From: a virus
Length of the DNA: 64,000 bases
Reading direction: 5' to 3' (one strand)
IMG/VR virus record: IMGVR_UViG_3300025687_000024
Location: 1 to 64,000 of that record
Made by a program: the position numbers and the translations under genes. Numbering within the stretch: position 1 is the first letter of the stretch; each line of letters opens with the position of its first letter. The notes beneath the pieces were generated by a model, which worked only from the letters and a program-made list of their open reading frames with translations, made no database searches and was not told the origin of the DNA. This document shows positions 1 to 9,316 of the stretch, in pieces.

Positions 1-1
1 C

Positions 2-2800
2 ATGTTGCGCGGGATGTCCGACGAGCTCGGCGTAGGCGTCGATGATGTCAGCGCCATCGCGAAAGAGATGAACAGCATGAAGCTGTTCCAGACCACCAAG
101 TCGGTGGATGAGTTCAAGACGCGCTTCCGCGACATGCTCGATGTGGTCAAGGACGTGGCCAAGACGCTCCAGACCTCGCTCGACGACGCCGTCGGTGTCA
201 TGGGCGAGCTCCGGCAGCAGGGCTTCTACTCCGCGGGCGACATCCAGGGGCAGGCCGCTCGCATGCAGGCTCGCTCGGCCTCTACGGGGATCTCGACCTC
301 GACTTACAACGCACTCGGCCGTGCGGGCTCGCAGTATGCCCGCAGCCGCGGCATGCGCGGGCGCTTCGGCTCCGAGGCGTTCCAGCAGTCCACCGAGGCG
401 GTCTCCTACGCTGTCCGCCACGGGATGATGGACGAGAACGAGGTCATGGAGATGGGTGGGGTCGAGTCCGTCGGAGCTCGCCTGGCGGCGAAGCAGATGG
501 ACTTCCTGCGCACCTCCAGGGGCCGCGTGATGATCGCCAACGCCTACGGGCGGGGGGCTCAGGGGCTGGGAGGCATTCTCAACCCCAACGTCACCACCGA
601 GTCCCTGGTGACCGGCGCCGCAGGCCGCGGTCTGGGAGTCCTGCGCGCTGCCGGCAGTCGGGAGGCCAGGGAAGACTTCATGCCCTACGCCGGCATGGCG
701 ATGGTCTCCATGGCGGCCTCCCAGCAGCGGCAGCTCTACGGCGGTGTCTCCGAGCGAGGCGTCATCGGCATGCTCGGTACGATGGGGCTGGGGCGCGAAG
801 AGGCCAAGATGCTCATGCAGCAGACCATGGCCATGCCCCAGGCGCTCGCCGAGCGGCGACAGCAGGAGTTCGCTGCGGACCAGAAGCGCGCCTACGAGGA
901 CATCCGCCGCCACTACTCCGTCGGGTCGCGCTGGGACCGCCTCATGGACCGTACGGGCCTCGGCGGGATGTGGGACAGCTCGCGGGACTGGGGAGCCGCT
1001 GCCTACGCGTCCTACGGGCAGGGGTACCAGAACCTCATGGAGGGCATTACCGGGCGCCGGGAGTACGTGGCCGGCGGGGCCGAGCATCTTCGCTCAGCTC
1101 GCGAGTATGCCCGGAGCGGGCGCATCGTCTCGCTCACGGGAGAGGTGTCGGGGCGGGAAGGCGGCTGGCTCATGCCGTCCGAGCGTGACCGCGCGCGCTC
1201 TCTGTACCGGCCCTACCTGATCGGGGAGCACCTCGGCCGCGGGCTATCAGCGAAGGGGAAGGACGTCATCCAGCTCGGGAAGGGAGTGGCTATCCGCACG
1301 CAGGACATGGAGCGGGCGCAGTCGGTGCTGGAGACAGGCTTCAAGCCCGGATCGGCTCCGTCCGCGTCGGCCGTGTTGCGGCTCTCTCAGAAGCAGCAGG
1401 CGAAGCTGCGGGACCTGTCCATGCGCGGTGACCTCGACGACGTGGGGGACCTCGAGCGCTCCGACGACAGGTGGGGTCGGGGCAACCTGTCCAACGAGGA
1501 GCAGAATGCGTTCCTCATGGCGAGGGAGATCGGGGTGTTGGGGGAGGATGCGTCCATGGCGTCCTTCGCGGCGTCGAAGGACGAGAGGCTGCGTGTGTTG
1601 GGGGTCATGCAGCGCGGGTTGGCCGAGGAAGACCGCCGGCGTGGCACGGACCTGCGCAAGCTGGTCTCCGGAGACAGCACGCCGATCAGCGCAGGGGCGA
1701 TGACCCTGTCCGAGCTTCGTGACAGGTCAGACGCTGCGGTCAAGGACTTGCTCACCACTGCGGGCACGTCCGAGCTGTTCGGCGTCAACATCGACCGCGG
1801 CGGCTTGCTCGGCAAGTTCGTGGAGGCGACTGGGATCTGGACGGGGGATCGCCTGTCTGACGCCGGGGACGCCCTCAAGGGGTCTGTGGAGAACGACCCG
1901 AAGGCCCGAGCAGCCCTGGCCCGGTACATGCGTGCCTGGGCCGAGCAGGCCACGGACAAGAACGGGTTCAACGCGGGCGCTGTGGAGGAGCTGGAGCAGC
2001 TGGAGAAGGTGCTTGGGGCAGAGTCCCCCGCATTCCGGGAGCTGCAGCACATCCACAAGAAGATGACTTCGGATCCGGATGTCCGCTCCCGCGCGGTGGC
2101 CAAGGCCCGGCAGGAAGGCGGGATGCTCGACATCTTCGGTGCTCTGCCTTTCGAGGAGCGTCGCCAGCAGCAGATTTCAGCGGAGAACTCGCGTATCCGT
2201 GGCGCGATGGGGAAGCTTCGGCTGTCTGACGAGATGGAGGCGCGCGCCAAGAAGCTGCTCAACTCGCCGACGGGGCCCAGCGAGGGTTCGCGTCAGGCGC
2301 GCGCTGCGGCCCGCATGGGCCTCTTCGACGAAGCGCTCAAGACGCAGGGCACCATCGACGCGGGCGAGCAGGAGACGCTCCAGGCGCTCCTGGGCGACGG
2401 CGCTGGGGCGATGTCCACTGGCATCAACCGGCTGATGAGCGGGAAGAGCGAGTACGAGCTCGGAGAGTTCCTCGAGAAGCGCATCGGTATGACGGGAGAC
2501 GACAAGTCCGCGGCGCTGGAGCGCCTGCTCAAGACCAAGTCCGGCTCCGGCGCTCGGGCCGACGAGGTCATGTCCCTCATCAAGGAGATGCGCCTGGAGA
2601 ACCCCGAGTTGTGGGGCTCCGGCGGCGCTGAGGTGGCCGGTGTGGAGGGCGCTACCGGGCAGGGACTGACTACCGCCTACGTGGAGGCCAACACGCGCTT
2701 CGTGACCACCGTGGAGCGCTTCGTCAGCGCGATGAAGGAAGCCAACATCGATGGGCTCGATCTCTCGGACCTCGAGTTCAAGGGCGCCAGCCCGAAGTAG
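2..2800 (+). CDS. Tape-measure-like long helical protein (5' end probably upstream of window)
   Basis: >930 aa Ala/Gly/Met/Arg-rich helical ORF open from the window edge, directly upstream of hub/baseplate genes. Confidence 0.6.
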   Translation: MLRGMSDELGVGVDDVSAIAKEMNSMKLFQTTKSVDEFKTRFRDMLDVVKDVAKTLQTSLDDAVGVMGELRQQGFYSAGDIQGQAARMQARSASTGISTSTYNALGRAGSQYARSRGMRGRFGSEAFQQSTEAVSYAVRHGMMDENEVMEMGGVESVGARLAAKQMDFLRTSRGRVMIANAYGRGAQGLGGILNPNVTTESLVTGAAGRGLGVLRAAGSREAREDFMPYAGMAMVSMAASQQRQLYGGVSERGVIGMLGTMGLGREEAKMLMQQTMAMPQALAERRQQEFAADQKRAYEDIRRHYSVGSRWDRLMDRTGLGGMWDSSRDWGAAAYASYGQGYQNLMEGITGRREYVAGGAEHLRSAREYARSGRIVSLTGEVSGREGGWLMPSERDRARSLYRPYLIGEHLGRGLSAKGKDVIQLGKGVAIRTQDMERAQSVLETGFKPGSAPSASAVLRLSQKQQAKLRDLSMRGDLDDVGDLERSDDRWGRGNLSNEEQNAFLMAREIGVLGEDASMASFAASKDERLRVLGVMQRGLAEEDRRRGTDLRKLVSGDSTPISAGAMTLSELRDRSDAAVKDLLTTAGTSELFGVNIDRGGLLGKFVEATGIWTGDRLSDAGDALKGSVENDPKARAALARYMRAWAEQATDKNGFNAGAVEELEQLEKVLGAESPAFRELQHIHKKMTSDPDVRSRAVAKARQEGGMLDIFGALPFEERRQQQISAENSRIRGAMGKLRLSDEMEARAKKLLNSPTGPSEGSRQARAAARMGLFDEALKTQGTIDAGEQETLQALLGDGAGAMSTGINRLMSGKSEYELGEFLEKRIGMTGDDKSAALERLLKTKSGSGARADEVMSLIKEMRLENPELWGSGGAEVAGVEGATGQGLTTAYVEANTRFVTTVERFVSAMKEANIDGLDLSDLEFKGASPK

Positions 2801-2806
2801 GCAAGC

Positions 2807-3019
2807 ATGGCAGAAGCAACGGAGACCGCACGGCAGCGCATCGTCACGACCGACGGCATCGTCACCGCGACGGTGCTCGACCGCCTCGCGCCCGAGCGCC
2901 TGGCTCTCGCGCTGGTGCGGGGAGCTGCCGGCGCCCGCTATACTGGGAAGGCTGACGGGACCGCCCTGGTTCCTCGTGCCCTCAAGGACTTGCTGGTCAA
3001 CCCGGAATCGGAGGCGTAG
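2807..3019 (+). CDS. Small hypothetical protein
   Basis: Fills the gap; TAG stop overlaps the GTG start of the next gene. Confidence 0.55.
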   Translation: MAEATETARQRIVTTDGIVTATVLDRLAPERLALALVRGAAGARYTGKADGTALVPRALKDLLVNPESEA

Positions 3020-3924
3020 TGGCTGTCCTCTTGCTGGAGAAGGATCCCTTCGCGGATGCTGTGGCGGACATGAGCTCGGAGCAGACGGGCTTCTCCCAGG
3101 CGAATGTGCGGCGTCCCCTCTGGGGGCTCATCCCCAAGGAAGACAGGTTCGCCTTCATCTCGGTCTACCGCGCCTCCAGCGAGGGAGGCAGCAGCATCAC
3201 CCCCATCAGCCTCTTGGACTCGTCGGCCCCCATCGTGACCGATGCGGAGGACCCTCGGGGGCGCTCCACCTCCAACCACAACTTCATCCTCCAGCGGGTC
3301 ACCATCCAGCGGAAGGAGAAGGCCCAGATCGTGGAGACCTTCGGGGACCACTTCGTGTTCCTCTACGGGGAGAAGCCCGAGTTCCTCGCAGTGCAGGGGA
3401 TGCTCTTCAACACCCGGGACTTCAACTGGAAGAACGAGTGGCTGGCGAACTACGACCAGTTCTTGCGAGGAACCAAGTGCGTGGAGAACCGCGCGCGGGT
3501 CTTCATCGGCTTCGATGACGTGCTGATCGGGGGCTACGTTCTGGGAACGGGAGTGGACCACGCAGAGAACCAGCCCATGTTGTGCCCCTTCAACTTCCAG
3601 ATGGTCGTGACGGACTACCACGACCTCTCGGATGCCAACGACCCGGTGAAGGGCGCGGAGCATGCGCGGACCCTCGAAGGTCGGACGGACTACTACCCCG
3701 AGTACTTGCGCGAGATCGCCGCCGAGCCGTACTACGTGGTCAACGAGCTGACGGGCGAGATCGAGATCTACCAGAACAGCGTCTTCGGCGGCACCACTCA
3801 GCTCGGGACGTCGCTGGTCAGCTCGGATGCGGATGTCGGAGCACTGGCGGGCTACGGCGACGCCTCGGTCGCCATGGGGAATGCGCTCGGCACAGGGGCG
3901 GGCACTCACATGGCAGCGATGTAG
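3019..3924 (+). CDS. Putative tail tube initiator/baseplate-associated protein
   Basis: Lies between tape measure and hub; beta-rich (QIVETFGDHFVFLYGEKP). Confidence 0.45.
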   Translation: MAVLLLEKDPFADAVADMSSEQTGFSQANVRRPLWGLIPKEDRFAFISVYRASSEGGSSITPISLLDSSAPIVTDAEDPRGRSTSNHNFILQRVTIQRKEKAQIVETFGDHFVFLYGEKPEFLAVQGMLFNTRDFNWKNEWLANYDQFLRGTKCVENRARVFIGFDDVLIGGYVLGTGVDHAENQPMLCPFNFQMVVTDYHDLSDANDPVKGAEHARTLEGRTDYYPEYLREIAAEPYYVVNELTGEIEIYQNSVFGGTTQLGTSLVSSDADVGALAGYGDASVAMGNALGTGAGTHMAAM

Positions 3925-3933
3925 GGAGCGCCC

Positions 3934-6375
3934 ATGGGTACCATCGCCTCCAGGCTGAATCTGCGGCTGTTCCTCGATGGGGTGGAGGTCCCTGTCATCG
4001 GAGCTCGGTGCACCTTCTCCGACGGCGCGCCGGCGACAGCTGAGGTCCAGATCGTGGCCACCAACGCCGTGCACGACATCCTGCCGCGCACGCTGGTCAC
4101 CCTGTTCTACTACGAGACCTACGACTACGAGAGGACCTCGGGCACCGTGGCGCTCACCAAGCTCGGGGTCGAAGACCCCCGGCGCTGGAAGTTGCTGTTC
4201 CTCGGGGAGGTGACAGGCCTGGCCATCCAGCAGCAGAACCAGCAGCGCGCCTGCGTGCTCTCCTGCGTGGATCCGTCTACCTACTGGGACTCCATCCGGC
4301 AGCACTACATCAACTTCCGCAACGCCGGCGTCGAGCTGTTCGAGAACGCCTTCATGGGCGTGCGGCTGGACCGCCTCAAGCACTTCGATGTCGTCACCAA
4401 GGATGCGCACTCCAACCTGTTCGTGTGGTTGTCGCAGTCCAAGGTGAAGACGGGCAAGACCGAGACCAAGCTCGCAGGCTACCGTCACACCATGTCGGGG
4501 AAGACCATCTCGGTGGACGAGTACAACTCGCTGGCGACGGCTGAACTGAGCTCCGATGAGCAGCACGTGCTGTCGCAGGGGGCGGTGAAGACCACCTCGG
4601 TCACCGAGGATGGCGAGAGCGCGAGTGACTACGCCCCGTACTATGCCGAGGTCGACGAGGAGTACTCCAACCTCTACGTCGGCATCCAGCGGATGCTGCG
4701 TGAGATGTTCTTCGCGTCCAACCTCTTCTACGCCAAGGCGTTCAACCGGCTGCGTCTCGGGGATATGCTCGTAGGGCTCCCCGAGGACAAGACCGCGGCG
4801 AAGCTGATGAAGCTCGACTACTTCGAGAAGTTCATCAAGGGCCAGGTCGGGGGTGCTGGAGGCTATGTCACGGCGCGGCAGCTCATCCAGCTCATGCTGG
4901 GGACGGTCTTCCACACCTACACGGCCGTGCCATGCCCGAAGTTCGACCCGGAAGGGACCTCGCGCGGCATGACCATGAGCGTGGAGCAGGACGCGCACCT
5001 GCTCAAGGAGATCCTCCCAAGGTACACCCGCCCGGGCGCGACGTTGAACTACCAGCTCATCAAGCCGGATGCCTGGTTCCTCGCTCCGCCTGCCTGCAAC
5101 GTCATCCTGCCCCACCAGATCAACAGCCTGGCCTACCAGCGCAACTTCTTGCAGGAGCCCACCAGGCTGTTCATGCGCACCAGCCTGCTGTTCACCGGGA
5201 CCAACAAGTGGCTCACGGAGCGTTTCTACGCTCCGGACTTCGCTGCCTTCGACGTGCAGATGTACGACAAGGGGGGCTTCAACGAGCGCATGGCCAGCAC
5301 GCTCCTCCCGCACGAGAAGTGGATCGGAATTGCTCCTATCGAGCACTGGCAGCACGACCTTCAGGCCTACGTCGCCAAGGGCCCGCGGCGGGAGTACCTC
5401 GCCCACCTGGCCGACTACCTCTTCTGGAAGCAGCGCTTCGCGCCGCGGACGGCCAACGTGGCGCTGCCCTTCACCCCCGACCTGGTGGTGGGGTACCCCG
5501 GGGTAGTTGTCACGGAGACCGGCCGGGTAGGCACGGCTGGGCGCCACATCATCGGGCACATGCAGACGCTCGTGCACAGCATCACCCAACAGGGAGGCTG
5601 GACCCACGTGACGATGCAGGGGTGCCGTAACCACGATGAAACCGCTGACTTCGACGCCGAGAAGCGCACCCTCGAGGAGCTCACCTCTCGGGGAGCTGAC
5701 GGGTTCCTCGATGACCGTTACGACGTGGGGCGCATCGGGCAGGAGGTCTACCAGCCCATCTTCGGGTGCGACAGCCTGGTGGACGCTGTCACTACGGACG
5801 ACCTCACCGAGGAGATCGAGCAGACGATCCTCACCGACCTGCAGTTCCTCCTGGACACCGAGGACTCGCCGCTGGCGGCGTCCGTCGTGGCGCTGCAGGT
5901 GCTCTACAGGTCTGCCGTACGCGCGAAGCTCGACATCAACGCGTTCACCAGGTCGCTGACGCACCGGCCCAAGGCCAACATGGTGGAGGTCATCGGGCTG
6001 CCTACCACGCAGGGCGCCACTAGTGAGATGGAGCAGATGATCTTGTCGCAGTCCGGCGAGGTCGAAGGGTTCCACTCCATCGCGGTCGATGTCGACGCCT
6101 CGGATCACAGCTACGACCAGTACACCACGACGCGCTACGAGAACGTGTCGGAGGTGAAGCACACTCCCGCGGTGATGGAGGAGCAGATCTTCCCGGACGG
6201 CGGCGTTATCTCGGTCGAGGAGGTCGAGGTCGAGAAGGCGAAGACCGAGAAGGTCACGTACACGCGGGAGATCAACGAGACGGCGACCTACGGCCTCAAG
6301 GACGATCTTGCGGAGCGGCAGGAGAGGATTCGGCTGTACCTTGATAGTCTGGTGATGCGAGGTATCCGCGGATGA
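3934..6375 (+). CDS. Putative baseplate hub (gp27/VgrG-like) protein
   Basis: N-terminal LRLFLDGVEVPV beta strands, C-proximal PDLVVGYPG...VHSIT pattern typical of hubs, and gene order. Confidence 0.5.
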   Translation: MGTIASRLNLRLFLDGVEVPVIGARCTFSDGAPATAEVQIVATNAVHDILPRTLVTLFYYETYDYERTSGTVALTKLGVEDPRRWKLLFLGEVTGLAIQQQNQQRACVLSCVDPSTYWDSIRQHYINFRNAGVELFENAFMGVRLDRLKHFDVVTKDAHSNLFVWLSQSKVKTGKTETKLAGYRHTMSGKTISVDEYNSLATAELSSDEQHVLSQGAVKTTSVTEDGESASDYAPYYAEVDEEYSNLYVGIQRMLREMFFASNLFYAKAFNRLRLGDMLVGLPEDKTAAKLMKLDYFEKFIKGQVGGAGGYVTARQLIQLMLGTVFHTYTAVPCPKFDPEGTSRGMTMSVEQDAHLLKEILPRYTRPGATLNYQLIKPDAWFLAPPACNVILPHQINSLAYQRNFLQEPTRLFMRTSLLFTGTNKWLTERFYAPDFAAFDVQMYDKGGFNERMASTLLPHEKWIGIAPIEHWQHDLQAYVAKGPRREYLAHLADYLFWKQRFAPRTANVALPFTPDLVVGYPGVVVTETGRVGTAGRHIIGHMQTLVHSITQQGGWTHVTMQGCRNHDETADFDAEKRTLEELTSRGADGFLDDRYDVGRIGQEVYQPIFGCDSLVDAVTTDDLTEEIEQTILTDLQFLLDTEDSPLAASVVALQVLYRSAVRAKLDINAFTRSLTHRPKANMVEVIGLPTTQGATSEMEQMILSQSGEVEGFHSIAVDVDASDHSYDQYTTTRYENVSEVKHTPAVMEEQIFPDGGVISVEEVEVEKAKTEKVTYTREINETATYGLKDDLAERQERIRLYLDSLVMRGIRG

Positions 6376-8147
6376 GTGTTCGGTGGTTCCAGAAGCTGGC
6401 GCAGTCGGCGCCCGTCACGCCGCGGGCCCCCGAGGTCCCGAAGGCCCCAGCTCGGCCGAAGACCCCGAAGCTCCCCAAGCCCCCGAGCGCTACCAAGGGG
6501 CCGAACGGTCACTGGCGCACGCTCCCGCCCGGGCACCAGGGGCACGACGCCCAGGGGAACGCCCAGGCAGGACGTACCTGGGTACGGCGTGGGGGCGGAC
6601 TCAAGCCCTCTGCCGCCCCGATGAAGCACCAGGCCGACTTCACCAAGGCGGTCACCAAGCTCCCGACGAAGAAGCCCTCGGGCCTCATCGCGGCCCACGG
6701 GACGGGCACGGGCAAGACGTTCTCGGCCATCGCTGCGGTGGAGAAGCTGCGCGAGAAGGGCCAGGTGGAGCGCACCCTCGTCGTGGCCCCTGCAGGCCTC
6801 CGGTCGAACTTCTTGGCCAAGGGCGTGAACAAGTTCACCACCTCCAAGGGCGTCATCGCCAACCGCCCCGGGGACATCCCGAAGGATGCGCACTACGTGG
6901 TGGTGTCCTACGCTGCCTTCCGGCAGAACCCAGACGCCTACATCGACGCCTACCAGCCCGACACGCTCATCGTGGACGAGGCGCACCGACTCACCAACAT
7001 GGAGAGCGCGTCCTACAAGGCCATCCGGCACGCCCGTACGCGGATCCCCCGAGTGATCCCGCTCACCGCCTCCATCGTGCAGAACGACCCCTCTGACGTG
7101 GTACCCCTGCTGAACATCGTCGCCGGGCAGGACCACACCCGGAAGGAGTTCAAGCAGCGCTACGTGCGCCGGGTGCCCACCGGGCAGAAGGGGGTGTTCG
7201 GCGGGAAGGTCTACGCGAAGAAGATCGTGCGGCAGGAGGAGCTCAAGCGCACCATCGGTCCGCACATCCACTACATCGAGGACCTCGACGCGGACAAGAA
7301 GCCGGCCAAGGAAGTGGAGACCGTAGAGGTCCCTATGAATGCGGAGCAGCTCAAGCTCTACCGCATGTCGATGAAGGGCGTGGACCCCAAGCTCCAGGCG
7401 CGCATCGCCGCCGGCGAGGCGGTCTCCCAGCGGGAGGCCATGACGGTGTTCACCCGGCTGATGCGTGCTCGCCAGGTGTCGAACAGCATCCACACGGTGC
7501 AGCCGAGCATGACGCCAGGACAGGCGGCGGACGCCACTCCCAAGATCAAGCAGATCTTGGACGACGCGGCTGCGCACATCGACAGCACGCCGGACGCCCA
7601 GATCATCATGTACTCCAACATGGTCCACGGGGGCGTTGACGTGCTCAAGGCGGGGCTCGAGAAGCGGGGCATCCCCTTCGGCATCTTCGCTGGGAAGGGC
7701 GTCAAGGGCATCACCGAGGAGACACGGCAGCAGGCGGTCGACGACTACCTGGCCGGGAAGATCAAGGCGATCATCATCACAGGCGCGGGTGCGGAGGGCC
7801 TGTCTCTCGGCAACACGACGCTGGTGCAGCTGGTGGACGGGCACTACAACCCTGAGCGCATCAGCCAGGCCGAGGCCCGCGGGGTGCGCGCCGGTGGACA
7901 GGCCCACCGGCCGCAGAGCGAGCGTCGGGTAGCAGTGAAGCGCTACGTGTCTACGCTCCCTCGAGGCTTCTGGAAGACCATCACGATGCAGCCGCGTGAG
8001 AAGAGCGTGGGGCAGTGGGTCTACGCTACGGCCGAGCGCAAGCGCGCTGCCAACGAGCAGTTCCGTGCTGTCCTCTCAGCGCGGCACGAACACGAGCAGA
8101 AGAGTCGGGAGAGCACGCTCTACCGACTCTTCGGAGGAGGCCCATGA
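6372..8147 (+). CDS. SNF2-like superfamily 2 helicase/translocase
   Basis: Motifs HGTGTGKT, IVDEAH, LTAS, GAEGLSL, QAEARGVR; Pro/Lys-rich N-terminal extension. Confidence 0.9.
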   Translation: MSVRWFQKLAQSAPVTPRAPEVPKAPARPKTPKLPKPPSATKGPNGHWRTLPPGHQGHDAQGNAQAGRTWVRRGGGLKPSAAPMKHQADFTKAVTKLPTKKPSGLIAAHGTGTGKTFSAIAAVEKLREKGQVERTLVVAPAGLRSNFLAKGVNKFTTSKGVIANRPGDIPKDAHYVVVSYAAFRQNPDAYIDAYQPDTLIVDEAHRLTNMESASYKAIRHARTRIPRVIPLTASIVQNDPSDVVPLLNIVAGQDHTRKEFKQRYVRRVPTGQKGVFGGKVYAKKIVRQEELKRTIGPHIHYIEDLDADKKPAKEVETVEVPMNAEQLKLYRMSMKGVDPKLQARIAAGEAVSQREAMTVFTRLMRARQVSNSIHTVQPSMTPGQAADATPKIKQILDDAAAHIDSTPDAQIIMYSNMVHGGVDVLKAGLEKRGIPFGIFAGKGVKGITEETRQQAVDDYLAGKIKAIIITGAGAEGLSLGNTTLVQLVDGHYNPERISQAEARGVRAGGQAHRPQSERRVAVKRYVSTLPRGFWKTITMQPREKSVGQWVYATAERKRAANEQFRAVLSARHEHEQKSRESTLYRLFGGGP

Positions 8148-8572
8148 GCGATGCCCTGGTGACCAGCTACTTCAACGAGCTGGAGAAGATCGCAGAGACC
8201 GGAGGGCACGCTGACGTGTTCGCTGCGCTGGACAAGCTGGCGAACGAAGCGGATGCCGAGACCGAACCCACGGACGACTACGCCCCGACGCGTTGCCCGA
8301 AGTGCAAGACCCCGTGCACGCGGGACGACGTGAAGTGCAAGAAGTGCGGGACCAAGCTGAGGTCCGATGACCAGCGTGAGGACGCTGCGCAGCTGCAGGC
8401 CGAGGCCGAGAGTCCCGGACAGCACGAAGCACCCCCCGGACACGAGAAGACCGCGAAGACGGGCGATGCCCCGGACAAGCAGAAGCGCAAGGGGCCGAAC
8501 CCCATCCTGAATCTCCGCAAGGGGAAGAAGTCCAAGCGCATCCGAGCCCGGCTGGCCTCCTGCGCGGAGTAG
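8144..8572 (+). CDS. Zinc-ribbon protein with N-terminal ELEKIA motif
   Basis: ATGA overlap with the helicase stop, GGAGG SD; CPKC...CKKC; begins MSDALVTSYFNELEKIA. Confidence 0.75.
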   Translation: MSDALVTSYFNELEKIAETGGHADVFAALDKLANEADAETEPTDDYAPTRCPKCKTPCTRDDVKCKKCGTKLRSDDQREDAAQLQAEAESPGQHEAPPGHEKTAKTGDAPDKQKRKGPNPILNLRKGKKSKRIRARLASCAE

Positions 8573-8581
8573 TGCTACGAT
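8573..8581 (+). promoter_or_regulatory. Extended -10-like element TGcTACGAT
   Basis: TGn-TAnnnT in an intergenic gap of a very GC-rich genome, followed by a structured leader. Confidence 0.45.
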
Positions 8582-8587
8582 CCTGTC

Positions 8588-8649
8588 ACCGCGTGAGCGG
8601 TAGTGCAGGCTCACCAGCCTGTCCTCCGGAGGTCCGGAGGCTATCCACT
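8588..8649 (+). promoter_or_regulatory. Structured 5' leader with three consecutive hairpins
   Basis: ACCGC-gtga-GCGGT, CAGGCT-cacc-AGCCTG, CCTCCGG-aggt-CCGGAGG, upstream of SD AGAGGAG. Confidence 0.5.
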
Positions 8650-8663
8650 CAGAGGAGTCCCCC

Positions 8664-9293
8664 ATGTCCCAGCTCGGCAAGAGCCCCGTCCAGAACCTTC
8701 TCTCCTGGAGCCCCAAGAAGAAGGGCTGGTACCCCAAGACCATCGTCTCCCTGATGCAGCGCATCGTGAACGACATCTGGAAGTGCAACGAGATCCTCGA
8801 GGGCTGCAGCGCCATCGCGGACGGCGCCTCCATCAGCGCCACCACGCTCAACGTCACCACCACGGGCGCCCTGCGCTGCAAGCTCAACGGCCGCCTGATG
8901 GCCGCCCTGGCCATCCTGGACGATGCCGATCTCCTGGCCGACGTCGGCACCCCCATCTGGTCCGACGGTTCGCCGGTGGAGGCCTTCGAGCTCGGTGCGG
9001 GGGAGGACGTCACCGTCACCCTCATCGTCACCAACTCCGACGACGCGGGCGACGTGGACGAGGACGACGCGGGCACCCCGCTCCTGGTCCCGGTGCTCTC
9101 CGGCACGGCCGCGGCCTACACCGGCGGGCTGGACCAGCTCTCCTCCTACGAGATCCAGAGCGCCCTCGAGGCCAGCGATGAGCATGCCGGGGTCACCGGC
9201 TGGGCTCACGTGCTCCAGGCCGTGTTCACCGAGGACACCGGCGTCACCGGCGCCTACGTCCTGAACCGCAACAACGTCGTGTCGGAGGCCTAG
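8664..9293 (+). CDS. Hypothetical protein, probably an abundant virion protein
   Basis: Strong SD, strongly C-ending codon bias. Confidence 0.75.
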   Translation: MSQLGKSPVQNLLSWSPKKKGWYPKTIVSLMQRIVNDIWKCNEILEGCSAIADGASISATTLNVTTTGALRCKLNGRLMAALAILDDADLLADVGTPIWSDGSPVEAFELGAGEDVTVTLIVTNSDDAGDVDEDDAGTPLLVPVLSGTAAAYTGGLDQLSSYEIQSALEASDEHAGVTGWAHVLQAVFTEDTGVTGAYVLNRNNVVSEA

Positions 9294-9316
9294 CCCTGCC
9301 TCTGCGGAGGTAGGTC

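Noticed and set aside
8582-8650. tRNA gene
   Set aside because: Multi-hairpin, but lacks a TTC T-loop, a 7-nt anticodon loop and an acceptor stem.
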